Source: Pseudomonadota bacterium (lineage in GTDB: Bacteria > Pseudomonadota > Alphaproteobacteria > 16-39-46). Taken from it: DNA of 64,000 nt. The position numbers and the translations under genes were made by a program. Below, piece after piece: positions 1 to 10,302 of the stretch. Each line of letters starts with the position of its first letter. Position 1 is the first letter of the stretch. The notes beneath the pieces are model-generated. The model was not told the DNA's origin and ran no database searches. It saw only the letters and a list, made by a program, of their open reading frames with translations. The stretch lies in the NCBI GenBank assembly GCA_018242545.1, contig JAFEBT010000001.1, positions 23,180 to 87,179 of the forward strand. The letters are read 5' to 3'.

Positions 1-1
1 A

Positions 2-505
2 GAAGTTTTTCATCCTGATCGACTTGCAAATCGTATTTTAGGTATGGGAGATGTTGTCAGCCTTGTAGAAAAGGCGATGGAGACCATTGATCAACAAGAA
101 GCTCAAGACCTTGCAAAAAAAATGCAGAAAGGTTCTTTTGACCTCAATGATATGGCTCTTCAATTAAAACAAATTTCAAAAATGGGGGGCATGTCAGGCG
201 TCATGAGTCTCCTCCCAGGAATTGGAAAAATGAAAGATAAAATTGAGACAGCAGGCTTAGATGATCGGTTTTTAAAACGGCAACTTGCAATTATTTCGTC
301 GATGACCCCCCAAGAAAAAAGAGATCCACGAATCTTAAACGCCTCTCGTAAACGCAGGGTTTCGTCGGGATCAGGAACAACAATTCAAGACATTAATAAG
401 CTTTTAAAGCAATATCGTGATATGGAAACCATGATGAAACGAATGGGGAAACTTGGTAAAAAAGGTTTTTTAAGACAAGGAATCGGGGGCCTTTTTTCCC
501 GATAA
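2..505 (+). CDS. ffh: Signal recognition particle protein Ffh, C-terminal (M-domain) part; 5' end lies before the window
   Basis: In-frame translation from position 2 reads EVFHPDRLANRILGMGDVVSLVEKA... This is the Met-rich M-domain typical of Ffh. It sits directly upstream of rpsP-rimM-trmD-rplS, the conserved gene order. Confidence 0.85.
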   Translation, partial: EVFHPDRLANRILGMGDVVSLVEKAMETIDQQEAQDLAKKMQKGSFDLNDMALQLKQISKMGGMSGVMSLLPGIGKMKDKIETAGLDDRFLKRQLAIISSMTPQEKRDPRILNASRKRRVSSGSGTTIQDINKLLKQYRDMETMMKRMGKLGKKGFLRQGIGGLFSR

Positions 506-639
506 ATGTGTTAAAAATCCCTTCTCTCTGTTTCGAGAAAAGAAACACAGAAAAGGGAATTTAAAGATATTTTTTTGTCTCTCCTTAAAGGAATTCAAAA
601 AATTTATGCTGTATAAATTGTTAAAGAAAGGATTTTAAA

Positions 640-1257
640 ATGGCTTTAAAAATTCGTCTTGCCCGTGGTGGTGCAAAACAACGTCCCTTTTATAGAATTG
701 TTGTCGCTGAAGCAGACGCTCCCCGTGATGGACGCTTCGTTGAAAAAGTTGGAACCTATAACCCAATGCTTGATAAAACAAATCCTGTTCGTGTTGTCTT
801 AGAAGTAGAACGTATCCAGCATTGGCTTTCTGTAGGAGCACAACCCACGGATCGTGTCGCACGCTTTTTAGGGGAAGCAAAGATTATTGCCGTTCCTGCT
901 CAAAAACAGAGCATTCAAAAAGCCCAGCCTAAGAAAAAAGCACAAGAACGTTTAAAGCAAGAAGCTGACCGTCTTCAAAGTATTGAAGATGAGAAGGCAA
1001 AAGCTGCTGCAGCTCCTGCTCCAGAAGTTTCTGAAGCCGCTCCTGCTGACGTTGTGTCCGAGACTACCGCCCCTGAAGAATCTCCTGCTGTTACGGAAGA
1101 AACACCTGCAGCTCCTGCTCCTGAAGAAGCTTCTGTTGAATCAATACCTTCAGAATCTTCTTCAGAAGAAACGCTTGCAGAACCTTCTGAGCCTATCGCA
1201 GAAGCACAAGCATCTGCTGCTCCCTCTGAAGACCCAGAAACAACACCTGCAGCTTAA
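640..1257 (+). CDS. rpsP: 30S ribosomal protein S16 with an ~110-aa Ala/Pro/Glu-rich C-terminal extension
   Basis: N-terminus [42 protein letters not shown] matches the S16 signature. The following genes are rimM, trmD and rplS. The low-complexity acidic tail ([14 protein letters not shown]...TTPAA) is read directly from the ORF. Confidence 0.9.
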   Translation: MALKIRLARGGAKQRPFYRIVVAEADAPRDGRFVEKVGTYNPMLDKTNPVRVVLEVERIQHWLSVGAQPTDRVARFLGEAKIIAVPAQKQSIQKAQPKKKAQERLKQEADRLQSIEDEKAKAAAAPAPEVSEAAPADVVSETTAPEESPAVTEETPAAPAPEEASVESIPSESSSEETLAEPSEPIAEAQASAAPSEDPETTPAA

Positions 1258-1271
1258 AAAGAGATTTTTAA

Positions 1272-1841
1272 ATGACGCTTTCCTCCTCCCTCGATTCAGA
1301 ACTTGTTTATGTCGCTCAGATCGTGGGGGGGCATGGAATTCATGGCGCTTTCAAAATTCAATGTTTTCTAGATGATCCTTATGATTTTAAATTATATTCC
1401 CCTCTTTTCGACACGTCGAAAAAGGAATACTTTTTTGATGTCCTAAGTATAACGCCAAAACATATTCTTGCACGTCTTAAGGATGTTCATAACCGAACAG
1501 AAGCAGATGCTCTTAAGGGGCTTAAGCTTTATACGAAACGTCAAGCATTCAAATCTCTCTCAGAAGAAGAATATTATCAACGAGACCTTTTGGGATGCTC
1601 TATCTTAAATACAGAACGCACCCTTGTTGGAAAACTTCTTCACATCTATAATCATGGCGCTCAAGACATCCTTGATGTTTTACTTAATGATGGAACCTCC
1701 CTTCTTGTCCCCTTTCAGAAAGAAATTGTGCCTGAAGTTTCTCCAAATCCCAATCACCCTGAAGAAGGATTTTTGGTTATTGATAGCTTTTATCTAGCCT
1801 CAGCATTAGCACATCCTTCCAATTCTCCTAAAGACTCATGA
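1272..1841 (+). CDS. rimM: Ribosome maturation factor RimM
   Basis: Its position between rpsP and trmD is the conserved operon order. It has an RimM-like N-terminal barrel sequence (YVAQIVGGHGIHGAFKIQ). Its stop overlaps the trmD start (ATGA). Confidence 0.8.
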   Translation: MTLSSSLDSELVYVAQIVGGHGIHGAFKIQCFLDDPYDFKLYSPLFDTSKKEYFFDVLSITPKHILARLKDVHNRTEADALKGLKLYTKRQAFKSLSEEEYYQRDLLGCSILNTERTLVGKLLHIYNHGAQDILDVLLNDGTSLLVPFQKEIVPEVSPNPNHPEEGFLVIDSFYLASALAHPSNSPKDS

Positions 1842-2572
1842 CCTGGAACGTAACCGTCTTAACGCTTTTTCCTGAGATGTTCCCAGGAACATTAGGGTTT
1901 TCTTTAGCTCAAAAAGCCCTTTTAGCAGGGCATTGGTCTTTGAATGTTATCAATATTCGCGATTTTGCCTTTGATCGTCACCGAAGTGTCGACGATACCC
2001 CGTTCGGAGGCGGCGCAGGAATGGTATTAAGACCCGATGTTCTTGAAAATGCATTGGAATCTGTTTTAAAAAAAAACCAAAATCCAAATCCTCTTATTTT
2101 TTATCTATCTCCACGGGGGGATGTTTTTAAACAAGAAACAGCCCATACCTTTCTCAAGTCTTCTGAAATTATTTTTATTTGTGGACGCTACGAAGGAATT
2201 GACCAAAGATTCCTTGATTATTATAAAATTCAAGAACTTAGCATTGGAGACTATGTGCTTTTCGGAGGGGAGGTTGCGGTTCAAGTTGTATTAGAGACTT
2301 GCATTCGACTCATTCCTGGTGCTATAGGAACAGAAGATTCTTTATGTGAAGAAAGTTTTACAAAGGGCCTTTTGGAATATCCACATTACACAAGACCCTC
2401 TCTATGGAAAGGAATTTCTGTACCCGACGTTTTAACATCAGGCCATCATGAAGCCATTCGTTCTTGGCGGCGTCTTCAGTCTGAAGAGATTACGAACAAA
2501 AGAAGACCTGATTTAAAGTTTGTAAAAGAGTCTTCCACCCTTGACCCAATGAAGAAAAAGGGTGGTCCTTAA
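1838..2572 (+). CDS. trmD: tRNA (guanine37-N1)-methyltransferase TrmD
   Basis: MTWNVTVLTLFPEMFPG... and GGGAGMVLRPDV and ICGRYEGIDQR motifs are typical of TrmD (SPOUT family). Operon context supports it. Confidence 0.9.
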   Translation: MTWNVTVLTLFPEMFPGTLGFSLAQKALLAGHWSLNVINIRDFAFDRHRSVDDTPFGGGAGMVLRPDVLENALESVLKKNQNPNPLIFYLSPRGDVFKQETAHTFLKSSEIIFICGRYEGIDQRFLDYYKIQELSIGDYVLFGGEVAVQVVLETCIRLIPGAIGTEDSLCEESFTKGLLEYPHYTRPSLWKGISVPDVLTSGHHEAIRSWRRLQSEEITNKRRPDLKFVKESSTLDPMKKKGGP

Positions 2573-2620
2573 GCAACGTATAAACGGACGGATAAGAGAT
2601 TTAAATTTAAAGGTGAAAAT

Positions 2621-3091
2621 ATGAATATTATTGAACAACTTGAACAACGTACAATTGAAGACCTCACAAAAGATAAAAAAATTCCTGATTTTACACCAGG
2701 AGATACCCTTCGGGTTCTCGTAAACGTTATTGAAGGAGATCGCAAGCGCGTTCAAGCCTTTGAAGGAGTTTGTATTGGGCGTAAAAATTCAGCTCTCAAT
2801 TCTTCTTTTACGGTTCGGAAGCTTTCCTCTGGTGAAGGTGTTGAGCGTGTTTTTCCTCTCTATTCTCCTCTTATTAATATAGAAGTTGTAAGATTTGGAG
2901 ATGTTCGCCGGGCAAAGCTTTACTATCTCAGAGGACGCACTGGTAAGAGTGCACGCATTAAAGAACGCGCATACTGGCTTACACAGAATAAGCTTAAAGC
3001 ATCAGAAGCAACGACAGAATCTGCGGCTTCCTTTTCTTCTGTTGAAGTGCCTTCAGTAACTCCTGAGACGACATCTGATACACAAGCATAA
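2621..3091 (+). CDS. rplS: 50S ribosomal protein L19, with a short Ser/Thr/Glu-rich C-terminal tail
   Basis: [33 protein letters not shown] and [20 protein letters not shown] are classic L19 sequences. It sits downstream of trmD. Confidence 0.9.
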   Translation: MNIIEQLEQRTIEDLTKDKKIPDFTPGDTLRVLVNVIEGDRKRVQAFEGVCIGRKNSALNSSFTVRKLSSGEGVERVFPLYSPLINIEVVRFGDVRRAKLYYLRGRTGKSARIKERAYWLTQNKLKASEATTESAASFSSVEVPSVTPETTSDTQA

Positions 3092-3119
3092 CGACGATTG
3101 ACTTTGTTATAGGTAAAAT

Positions 3120-4064
3120 ATGTCTTATCTTTATCCTCCTATTGAACCCTATGAATCTGGAATGCTGCCGGTCGATGATCTTCATACCATTTATTGGGAA
3201 CAATCCGGGAATCCGAATGGCGTTCCTGTTCTTTTTATTCATGGGGGCCCTGGAGGTGGGACATGTCCTAAACACCGTCAATATTTTGACCCAAGCTATT
3301 ATCGGATTATTTTATTTGATCAAAGAGGAGCTGGCCAATCTACGCCCATGGGCGAATTGCGTCAAAACACAACACCTCTGCTTGTCTCGGATATGGAAAA
3401 ACTCCGTCTTCTTTTAAACATCGACAAATGGCACCTTTTTGGAGGCTCATGGGGTGTTACACTCGCTCTTTCTTATGCCATAGAACATCCAGATCACGTC
3501 TTAAGCATGGTTCTAAGAGGTGTTTTTCTCTGTAGACCCGAAGAAATCAAGTGGTTTTACCAAGATGCAGGGATCATTTTTCCTGAAGCATTCCGAAAGC
3601 TTGCACATTACTTGCCTGAAGAAGAACGTCAGGATATTACAAAGGCCTATCACAAACGATTAACAAGTGGAAATAAAGAGCTTGAACTCGAAGCTGCAAA
3701 AATTTGGAGTTGCTATGAAGGAACCTGCTCGACACTCATGCCCAATCCAGATCTTGTAAAAACGTTTGAAGTCGATCATACCGCCATCTGCTTTGCGCGT
3801 ATTGAAACCCATTATTTCGTAAATAATGCTTTTCTTCCTCCAGAAGGACTCCTTGGACATATTGACAAAGTACGTCATATTCCAACCATCATTGTGCAAG
3901 GACGCTATGATATTGTTTGTCCCATTAAATCAGCTGATGATCTTGTTCAGGTCTTTCCTGAAGCTGAATACATTATTGTTCCCAATGCAGGGCATTCTGC
4001 TTTTGATCCTCCTCTGCAAGCTGAGCTTGTTAAAGCAACAGATAAAATGAAAACACTTAGATAA
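3120..4064 (+). CDS. pip: Proline iminopeptidase (alpha/beta hydrolase, S33 family)
   Basis: N-terminus YPPIEPYESGMLPVDDLHTIYWEQSGNPNGVPVLFIHGGPGGG and nucleophile elbow GGSWGVTLAL match the prolyl aminopeptidase family. Confidence 0.8.
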   Translation: MSYLYPPIEPYESGMLPVDDLHTIYWEQSGNPNGVPVLFIHGGPGGGTCPKHRQYFDPSYYRIILFDQRGAGQSTPMGELRQNTTPLLVSDMEKLRLLLNIDKWHLFGGSWGVTLALSYAIEHPDHVLSMVLRGVFLCRPEEIKWFYQDAGIIFPEAFRKLAHYLPEEERQDITKAYHKRLTSGNKELELEAAKIWSCYEGTCSTLMPNPDLVKTFEVDHTAICFARIETHYFVNNAFLPPEGLLGHIDKVRHIPTIIVQGRYDIVCPIKSADDLVQVFPEAEYIIVPNAGHSAFDPPLQAELVKATDKMKTLR

Positions 4065-4074
4065 AGGGTTAGAA

Positions 4075-4911
4075 ATGACGCACGAACAAACATTCCCAAC
4101 TTCAAACCTCATGGCTGGAAAAAAAGGGCTTATTATGGGGGTTGCCAATGATAAATCATTAGGATGGGGAATTGCTCAGGCGGTGTCGGCGGCAGGTGCT
4201 GAACTTGCTTTTACATACCAAGGCGAGGTTTTTGAAAAACGTGTGCGTCCCTTAGCTGAATCTTTGGGAGCGTCTTTTTTAATGCCCTGTGACGTGACCA
4301 ATGAAGATAGTCTCACTGAAACATTTGAAACCATCAAAAAAAAATGGGGAAACCTTGATTTTGTGGTTCATGCGATCGCTTATTCTGATAAAGAAGAACT
4401 CAAAGGTCTCTACCTTGATACAACACGACAAAATTTCTTAAATACGCTTGATGTTTCCTGTTATTCTTTTACAAGTGTTGCCCGTCATGCAGCTCCCCTT
4501 ATGAACGAAGGTGGCAGCCTCTTAACACTCACCTACTATGGCGCTGAACGCGTTATGCCCCATTACAACGTCATGGGTGTTGCCAAGGCTGCTTTAGAAG
4601 CTTCTGTTAGGTACCTCGCTGTCGATTTAGGAGGGCGCAATATACGTGTGAATGCTCTTTCAGCAGGCCCTGTTAAAACACTTGCAGCCTCTGGCATTGG
4701 AGATTTTCGTTATATCTTAAAGTGGAATCAATATAACGCACCTCTTAAAAGAAATGTCTCTCTTGATGATATTGGAGGCGCCGGCCTTTATCTTTTAAGC
4801 TCTCTCTCTTCAGGAGTCACTGGAGAAGTACATCATGTTGATAGCGGATATCATGTGGTTGGAATGAAATCCATTGATGCCCCTGATATGAGTATTATAA
4901 AAGACGAATAA
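4075..4911 (+). CDS. fabI: Enoyl-[acyl-carrier-protein] reductase (NADH) FabI
   Basis: GKKGLIMGVANDKSLGWGIAQA Rossmann motif, and a Y...K catalytic dyad region (TYYGAERVMPHYNVMGVAKAALE) typical of FabI short-chain dehydrogenases/reductases (SDRs). Confidence 0.85.
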   Translation: MTHEQTFPTSNLMAGKKGLIMGVANDKSLGWGIAQAVSAAGAELAFTYQGEVFEKRVRPLAESLGASFLMPCDVTNEDSLTETFETIKKKWGNLDFVVHAIAYSDKEELKGLYLDTTRQNFLNTLDVSCYSFTSVARHAAPLMNEGGSLLTLTYYGAERVMPHYNVMGVAKAALEASVRYLAVDLGGRNIRVNALSAGPVKTLAASGIGDFRYILKWNQYNAPLKRNVSLDDIGGAGLYLLSSLSSGVTGEVHHVDSGYHVVGMKSIDAPDMSIIKDE

Positions 4912-5540
4912 AAATCTCTCTTTAACCTTTTCTCTTTATTTGAAGAATTCAAATTTTAGAATTTGAAAAAGTTTCTCTTTATTAATATTCTTAATCCAAA
5001 AAAATTAAGCTTTTGCCAAGTATCCTTTATCGTACAATTTATACTAACGTGCACTCAATAAGAATATAAAACACACTTCCTTTTAAGTATGGAGGTGTTG
5101 GGATGGGAATGCATAAAAAGAAGCCATTAAGTTCTAAAGAACTAGAGGAAATATCTTTAAAAATTCAAGAGACGGCGTTTTATGGCTTGGCTATGTTGAG
5201 GAATCAACCTAAAAGATTAATGTTGCACGTTTCCAAGCATCATCATGCCCTAAAGTATCGCACTGATTGTTTCCTTTTTTTGCTAAGTGAAGGGAAAAAT
5301 TGCTCCAAATTTGAGAAATAAGGAGTTTTAGAGTGTTCATTTTGAAATCCTTTCATAGGGGTTTTTCAAAATTAGCTATTTCTCCTTATTTTTCAATCGC
5401 TTTTACGGGATCGTTGCAAACAAATGATAAAGAGTGATTTTAAAAAATTTCTGCTAGAGAGAAGATTTTTGGAGGCAAATCCATCCTTTTTTATAGGATA
5501 ATGGGCTAAAAAAAGCCTAAATCGCTTATTATAGACGCAA

Positions 5541-6512
5541 TTATCCTGTAACAGCTTTCAATTCAAGGAGAGAGAGAACCTGAAGTCTCTTCAAGTTAAA
5601 GCAAAGAGCTTGCATAAAAAGAGCAAACTGGTTTTTAGCAATTCCTTTGTATCTTACCCTTTTAGGATCTTGCGAGAAGACGCGTTCATAAGGGGCTCTT
5701 ATTTTAGAATACCAACGGTCTTGATCCACATTCTTAGTTTTCATATTATTCTTCCTAATTGCCGCTAGGTGACATCCTTTCTGAAGAGCAATCTCAGTTG
5801 CCGGAGAGGTGCAATATCATTTATCCGTATACACTGCTCCCTGAGAAGGACAAACATGTTTAAGCCCACGTGCATCCGTCACATTTGCGGCCGTAAGAGC
5901 AACTTTGTTAATAAGTCCAGACTGCATATCAACAGAGACATGCTTTTTATATCCATACCAATACTTGCTCTTTCCTATGCATCCAATCCGAGCTTGTTTA
6001 TCTGCAGCAACTTTAGGCAGTACTTTATTGTTTAATTTTTCATACTTTTCAGCAATTGCCTTATCTCTTCCTTCTCAAAGGCTTGCTTTTGAAATCAGAT
6101 GGCTCGCATCGACAAACGTATACACTTCGTTCATATACCCTTTTATTTTAAGCTCCTTACGCAATTGCTCAAAAAGTTTTGACAAAAGATTTGTTCCTAT
6201 TTTACTCCGTGTCCGTGTAAACACCGTCTGATCTGGCACGTCTTCCAATAAACCAAAACCACAGAACCACTTTCCAGCATTATTCTCTTTTAAAAACACT
6301 TCCAGTTCTCGATCACTCAGATCTTCTAAAAACTGCAGCAAGAGACATCTAAACAACCTCTCAATGCCATATCCTTCATGAGGGTTTTTCTTTTTAACAG
6401 TCCTCAGCATTCTATCAACGGTTTTAAAATCCCAGACTTTCATAAATCCTCGATAGCGATGGTTCTCTTCCACCATTTGGTCCAGGCTCACCATTTCTAC
6501 TTGATACATCAA
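5541..6512 (-). mobile_element. Decayed IS5-family (IS1182/IS5-like) transposase, split by at least two frameshifts/stops into three reading frames
   Basis: Minus-strand pieces: N-terminal segment MMYQ...LLQFLEDLSDRELEVFLKENNAGKWFCGF (6075-6512). Central DDE-core segment ARIGCIGKSKYWYGYKKHVSVDMQSGLINKVALTAANVTDARGL (my own translation of ~5800-6070). C-terminal segment VRYKGIAKNQFALFMQALCFNLKRL (5541-5744). All are hallmark IS5-family motifs but lie in different frames. Confidence 0.75.
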
Positions 6513-6690
6513 AAGTCTCCTTTTTTATAAACTCTCCTTCTTTTATCAAATTTTTATTCTTTTGTCAGATCTGTTCGCAACAGTCCCTTTACGTATTTGA
6601 GGGGTAAAGTGATCAAGTTTTAAAAAACTTTTAAAAAAAAGATGATACACAAAAGGAATATATAAATAATAATCAAATAGGAGAAATAAA

Positions 6691-6891
6691 ATGAAATTAC
6701 AAAAAATGGTTACACTATCGGCATCTGTTATGATTTGTGCAGCTGCTTTGCCAGGAATTTCAGCAGCCGATAATGCGTCACAATGCATGGCAAAACAAAA
6801 AGCCTTTGAGAAAACTCTTCATGACACCCAAGCCTTAGAAAAGAGTCTTTATGCTAACAAAATTAATGGCGGAGTCAGAGTAACTCCTTAA
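6691..6891 (+). CDS. Small hypothetical secreted protein (signal peptide)
   Basis: 66-aa ORF with an N-terminal hydrophobic signal-like segment (MVTLSASVMICAAALPGISAADN). There is an AAGGA-like purine-rich stretch upstream. No family recognised. Confidence 0.3.
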   Translation: MKLQKMVTLSASVMICAAALPGISAADNASQCMAKQKAFEKTLHDTQALEKSLYANKINGGVRVTP

Positions 6892-7284
6892 TATGAAGAA
6901 AAAATTAAATTACTCCAAAGAACATATAAAGGATATGTATCTTCCTGCAAACATGTTAAAGAATATACTCTCATTTCTCTAAATACTTTAATATTTTGAA
7001 AGCATCACTGAACATATCCTAAATACATTTAGAAAGCTTATTAACTTTTGTTATCCTATTCAGGAATGAAGAATTGAAGTTACCAAGTTACAAAAAGAAA
7101 AATAAACATCAAAAAAAATCTAAGCTCCAAAGATTAAAGATTAGTATCTGCTTGAAAGATATGATATAAAATTACATGAAAAGGTTCTCAGTACATCTAC
7201 AAGTTTTATCTTGAGTTGATAGACTAAAGAATCTTCTTAATCCGAACTCTATTGCTTTTTTACTCACGCTTGAAAGAATACCTT

Positions 7285-7956
7285 ATGAAAAAAATTATAA
7301 CCATTTCTGTCCTGAGCTTAGGAACTGCTTCTTTTGCGGCAGTATCTGCCAAAAATTTTACGGGTTCTTATGTAGGGCTCACCATGGGACCTAACTTTTT
7401 CCAATCAAAGGCTTACCAAACTTATTCCAATGAGTTTGCTGATTATAATGCAAGTTCTACCCTTTTTAACTATGGAGTTTATGGAGGGTATGGGGTTTTA
7501 TATGATCAACTTTATTTTGGAGGTGAGCTCCTAATATCTGCAAACTATGGTGACGCAAAATCTGTTCATCAAAATCATGCTGGGGCTATAACACCTTCTA
7601 TCTCTGTTAAGGAACCTTATTCTGTTATACCTGCTTTTCGTTTAGGAACTTTAATTCTGCCAAAATTTCTCGCATTTATAAAGCTGGGTATAACAGGAAG
7701 TCAATTTAAGGGAAGCGCAACTCCTTTAAATGGAACTGGAACAACAATCTACAAAAAAAATATGTGGGGCCCTTCTGTGGGTGTTGGAGGTGAAATCCTT
7801 CTCACTGAGACACTTTCAGCACGTGCCGAGTATATCTACACCACCTATCCTGCTTATAAATTTTCTGTTACAAGTTCTGCAGGTATATCTTCAGACCAAA
7901 TTAAGATAAAACCAAGAGACAATCGTTTACTTTTTGGACTAAGTTGGAACTTTTAG
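7285..7956 (+). CDS. Outer-membrane beta-barrel protein (OmpA-like TM barrel/OMP_b-brl family), signal peptide
   Basis: Signal peptide MKKIITISVLSLGTASFAAVSA. Alternating hydrophobic beta-strand pattern, Gly/Tyr-rich. C-terminal ...LFGLSWNF ends in an aromatic residue, as is typical for OMPs. Start taken at the second ATG (7285) of the ORF 7252..7956. Confidence 0.65.
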   Translation: MKKIITISVLSLGTASFAAVSAKNFTGSYVGLTMGPNFFQSKAYQTYSNEFADYNASSTLFNYGVYGGYGVLYDQLYFGGELLISANYGDAKSVHQNHAGAITPSISVKEPYSVIPAFRLGTLILPKFLAFIKLGITGSQFKGSATPLNGTGTTIYKKNMWGPSVGVGGEILLTETLSARAEYIYTTYPAYKFSVTSSAGISSDQIKIKPRDNRLLFGLSWNF

Positions 7957-7982
7957 CTTACTAAAAAATTTATAACATATTT

Positions 7983-8311
7983 TTAGAGTGCATCTCGGTT
8001 ATGGCAGCCTGATTGATTTCCATGTCTGCACGCATGGCTATAATACTCTTTTGCTTTTTTAAGATCTTGAGCAACACCCTCTCCGTTTGCATAGATCCTT
8101 CCAAGATGATTCGCAGCTTCCCCAGACCCTTGCTTGAGAGCTTCAAGATAATACTCTCTTGCTTTTTTATAATCTCTCTTTACGCCTACCCAAAATGATA
8201 AATTTCTCCTAACAAATTTAAAGCTTCTGCATCTGTTGTATTTTGCAGCATCTCGCGTGCCTCGTTATATCTTTTTTGAGCAATGTATTCTTTTGCTTTA
8301 AGGGCACCCAT
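7983..8311 (-). pseudogene. Small Sel1-repeat (TPR-like) protein, apparently frameshifted
   Basis: My minus-strand translation: MGALKAKEYIAQKRYNEAREMLQNTTDAEALNLLGEIYHFG then a frameshift, then VGVKRDYKKAREYYLEALKQGSGEAANHLGRIYANGEGVAQDLKKAKEYYSHACRHGNQSGC. These are Sel1-type repeats (G.GV..D...A..W). The expected Trp of the G-W-GV motif is lost at a frame break. Confidence 0.5.
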
Positions 8312-8494
8312 ACCTTTTTTAATTGGAGCCTGTATAATGTCTCCAAAAAAGAATAAGAAATGTACTTACAACACTTTAAAATATTCTTTTTTCATAAGAA
8401 AACCTCCTCTTTTAAAAAAACAATCCTGTAGAAAAACTCCTACAGGATTGCATAAATTTAACACTTAAGACAGATCTTATTTAAAAAAGACCAC

Positions 8495-9217
8495 TTATTT
8501 CCTATGATCTCCAAACAATTGAAGAAGCATTACAAACAAATTAACAAAATCAAGATAAAGCCTTAAAGCACCCATAATTGCTTTTTTGCCTGCTATATCC
8601 TGCGTATCAGAATTTGTATAGATCTCCTTGATTACTTGTGTATCATATGCCGTCAGTCCTGTAAAAATTAAAACCCCAATGACAGAGACAGCAAATTGAA
8701 GTGCTGAGCTTTGAAGAAAAATATTAACAACCATTGCAATGATGATACCCCAAAGCCCCATTGTTAAGAAAGAACCAAATCCTGTAAGGTCACGCTTCGT
8801 TGTATATCCATAAAGGCTCATAGATCCAAAAGTTCCCGCTGTAATAAAAAATACACGCGCAATACTTGTTCCTGTATAAACTAAAAAGACAGGAGTTAAG
8901 GCAAGTCCCATGAGTGCCGCATAAAGCCAAAACATCGTTTGAGCCATTTGAAGAGACATATCTTTAATTTTAAACTGCAGATACATCACCAATCCAAAAG
9001 GCAATAACATAAAGACAAATGCCAAGAGAGAGTTTGTATAAAAAGCTTCAATCAAAGAGGGTGTTTGCGTAATCATAAAAGAGATAAACCCTGTCAACGC
9101 AAGACCTAAGCCCATAAAATTATAAACTTTGAGCATATGGGCCCGAAGTCCCAAATCATATGTCATTTCTGAAGACGACGTGCGCCCACTGATATTCCGA
9201 TTAAAATTAGTTGCCAT
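8495..9217 (-). CDS. Bax inhibitor-1/YccA family inner-membrane protein
   Basis: 240 aa with about 7 TM segments. The sequence pattern is typical of BI-1/YccA (LKVYNFMGLGLALTGF..., C-terminal charged tail). It is encoded divergently from the next gene. Confidence 0.7.
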   Translation of the reverse strand: MATNFNRNISGRTSSSEMTYDLGLRAHMLKVYNFMGLGLALTGFISFMITQTPSLIEAFYTNSLLAFVFMLLPFGLVMYLQFKIKDMSLQMAQTMFWLYAALMGLALTPVFLVYTGTSIARVFFITAGTFGSMSLYGYTTKRDLTGFGSFLTMGLWGIIIAMVVNIFLQSSALQFAVSVIGVLIFTGLTAYDTQVIKEIYTNSDTQDIAGKKAIMGALRLYLDFVNLFVMLLQLFGDHRK

Positions 9218-9271
9218 TTTATAAACCTCACTTCCTTAAAAAAGATTTTATAGCTCATTATAATTCAGTTC

Positions 9272-9889
9272 TTGAAAAACTACAAGAAAAAGGCAATGTT
9301 TAAAACACTCTATAAACGACCTTTACGAAAGAATATAATGTCCCTCTTCAAAAGTCTTAAAAAAAAATCCATCTCACATCTCATAAAAGAATTTTTATGG
9401 CCCCAAATGGGATTCAAACGGCTTTTTCGGTATCTTTTCTTAAGGCTTCTGCGTCTTAAAGCTTCTCCCTATGCCATCGCTTTAGGACTTGCAATTGGCG
9501 TTGCAATCTCATTTACGCCTCTCTTAGGAGCACATATCATTCTTGCTGTCAGCCTCAGTTGGACTCTAAGAGCCAACAAAGTATCTGCCCTCTTAGGAAC
9601 ATTAATTGGCACGCCCTGGACGCTTCCTTTTATGCTTTTCTTAAGCTATAAAACAGGAATCCTCTGTACGCACTTTTTTCATAAGCTTTTTCCAACGATC
9701 CCTCTTCCCACTTCCCTTGTTGACGTGCCGATTTTTAACTTTAAAGACGTCTATACACATCCCACAACTTTCTTTATGCCCACCTTGCTTGGCTCTCTTC
9801 CTCTTGGAATATGTGTCGGCTTTTTTGCTTACATCACAATATTTATGCTTATTAAATCTTATCGCATACACCAAAGGACTCTAAAATGA
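9272..9889 (+). CDS. DUF2062-family membrane protein (start may be at the internal Met near 9338)
   Basis: SPYAIALGLAIGVAISFTPLLGAHIILAVSLSWTLRANKVSALLGTLIGTPWT is the characteristic DUF2062 core. Confidence 0.6.
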   Translation: MKNYKKKAMFKTLYKRPLRKNIMSLFKSLKKKSISHLIKEFLWPQMGFKRLFRYLFLRLLRLKASPYAIALGLAIGVAISFTPLLGAHIILAVSLSWTLRANKVSALLGTLIGTPWTLPFMLFLSYKTGILCTHFFHKLFPTIPLPTSLVDVPIFNFKDVYTHPTTFFMPTLLGSLPLGICVGFFAYITIFMLIKSYRIHQRTLK

Positions 9890-10287
9890 TATTAGGAATT
9901 GGAAGTGACCTTGTGGACACAAAACGCATCGAGTCTCTTTTAAAAACATTTAATCAACGGTTTAAAAATCGTGTTTTTACACCCCAAGAGCAAGCTTATT
10001 GTGAAGCCCAACATTATACAGCCTCAAGTTATGCCAAACGCTTTGCTGCAAAAGAAGCTTGTGCAAAAGCGCTCGGATTAGGATTTCAGAATGGCGTTCG
10101 TTGGATTGATATTGAAGTCCTCAACAACGCTCAAGGAAAGCCTTCTTTAACGCTTAAAGGAAAAGCTCTGCTTCATCTTACAGATCTTCTTAAAGATCTT
10201 CCAAAAGGAGCAAAACCACATCTTAATTTAAGTTTGTGTGATGAGGGTTTTCTTGCACACGCTTTTGTGGTTATATCGTATCAATGA
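9886..10287 (+). CDS. acpS: Holo-[acyl-carrier-protein] synthase
   Basis: MILGIGSDLVDTKRIE...FAAKEACAKALG matches the AcpS N-terminus and active-site region. It is upstream of lepB-rnc-era, the conserved context. Confidence 0.85.
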   Translation: MILGIGSDLVDTKRIESLLKTFNQRFKNRVFTPQEQAYCEAQHYTASSYAKRFAAKEACAKALGLGFQNGVRWIDIEVLNNAQGKPSLTLKGKALLHLTDLLKDLPKGAKPHLNLSLCDEGFLAHAFVVISYQ

Positions 10288-10302
10288 TGAAAGGAATATA
10301 AA

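Noticed and set aside
983-1375. 130-aa + strand ORF (Leu/Lys-rich) overlapping the rpsP tail
   Set aside because: It is an alternative frame of the low-complexity GCT/CCT/GAA repeat in the S16 extension. It has no independent start or RBS context. It is spurious.
5103-5321. 72-aa ORF next to the IS remnant, considered as another transposase fragment
   Set aside because: I recognise no transposase motif. The basic or His-rich composition could be chance. Left unannotated.
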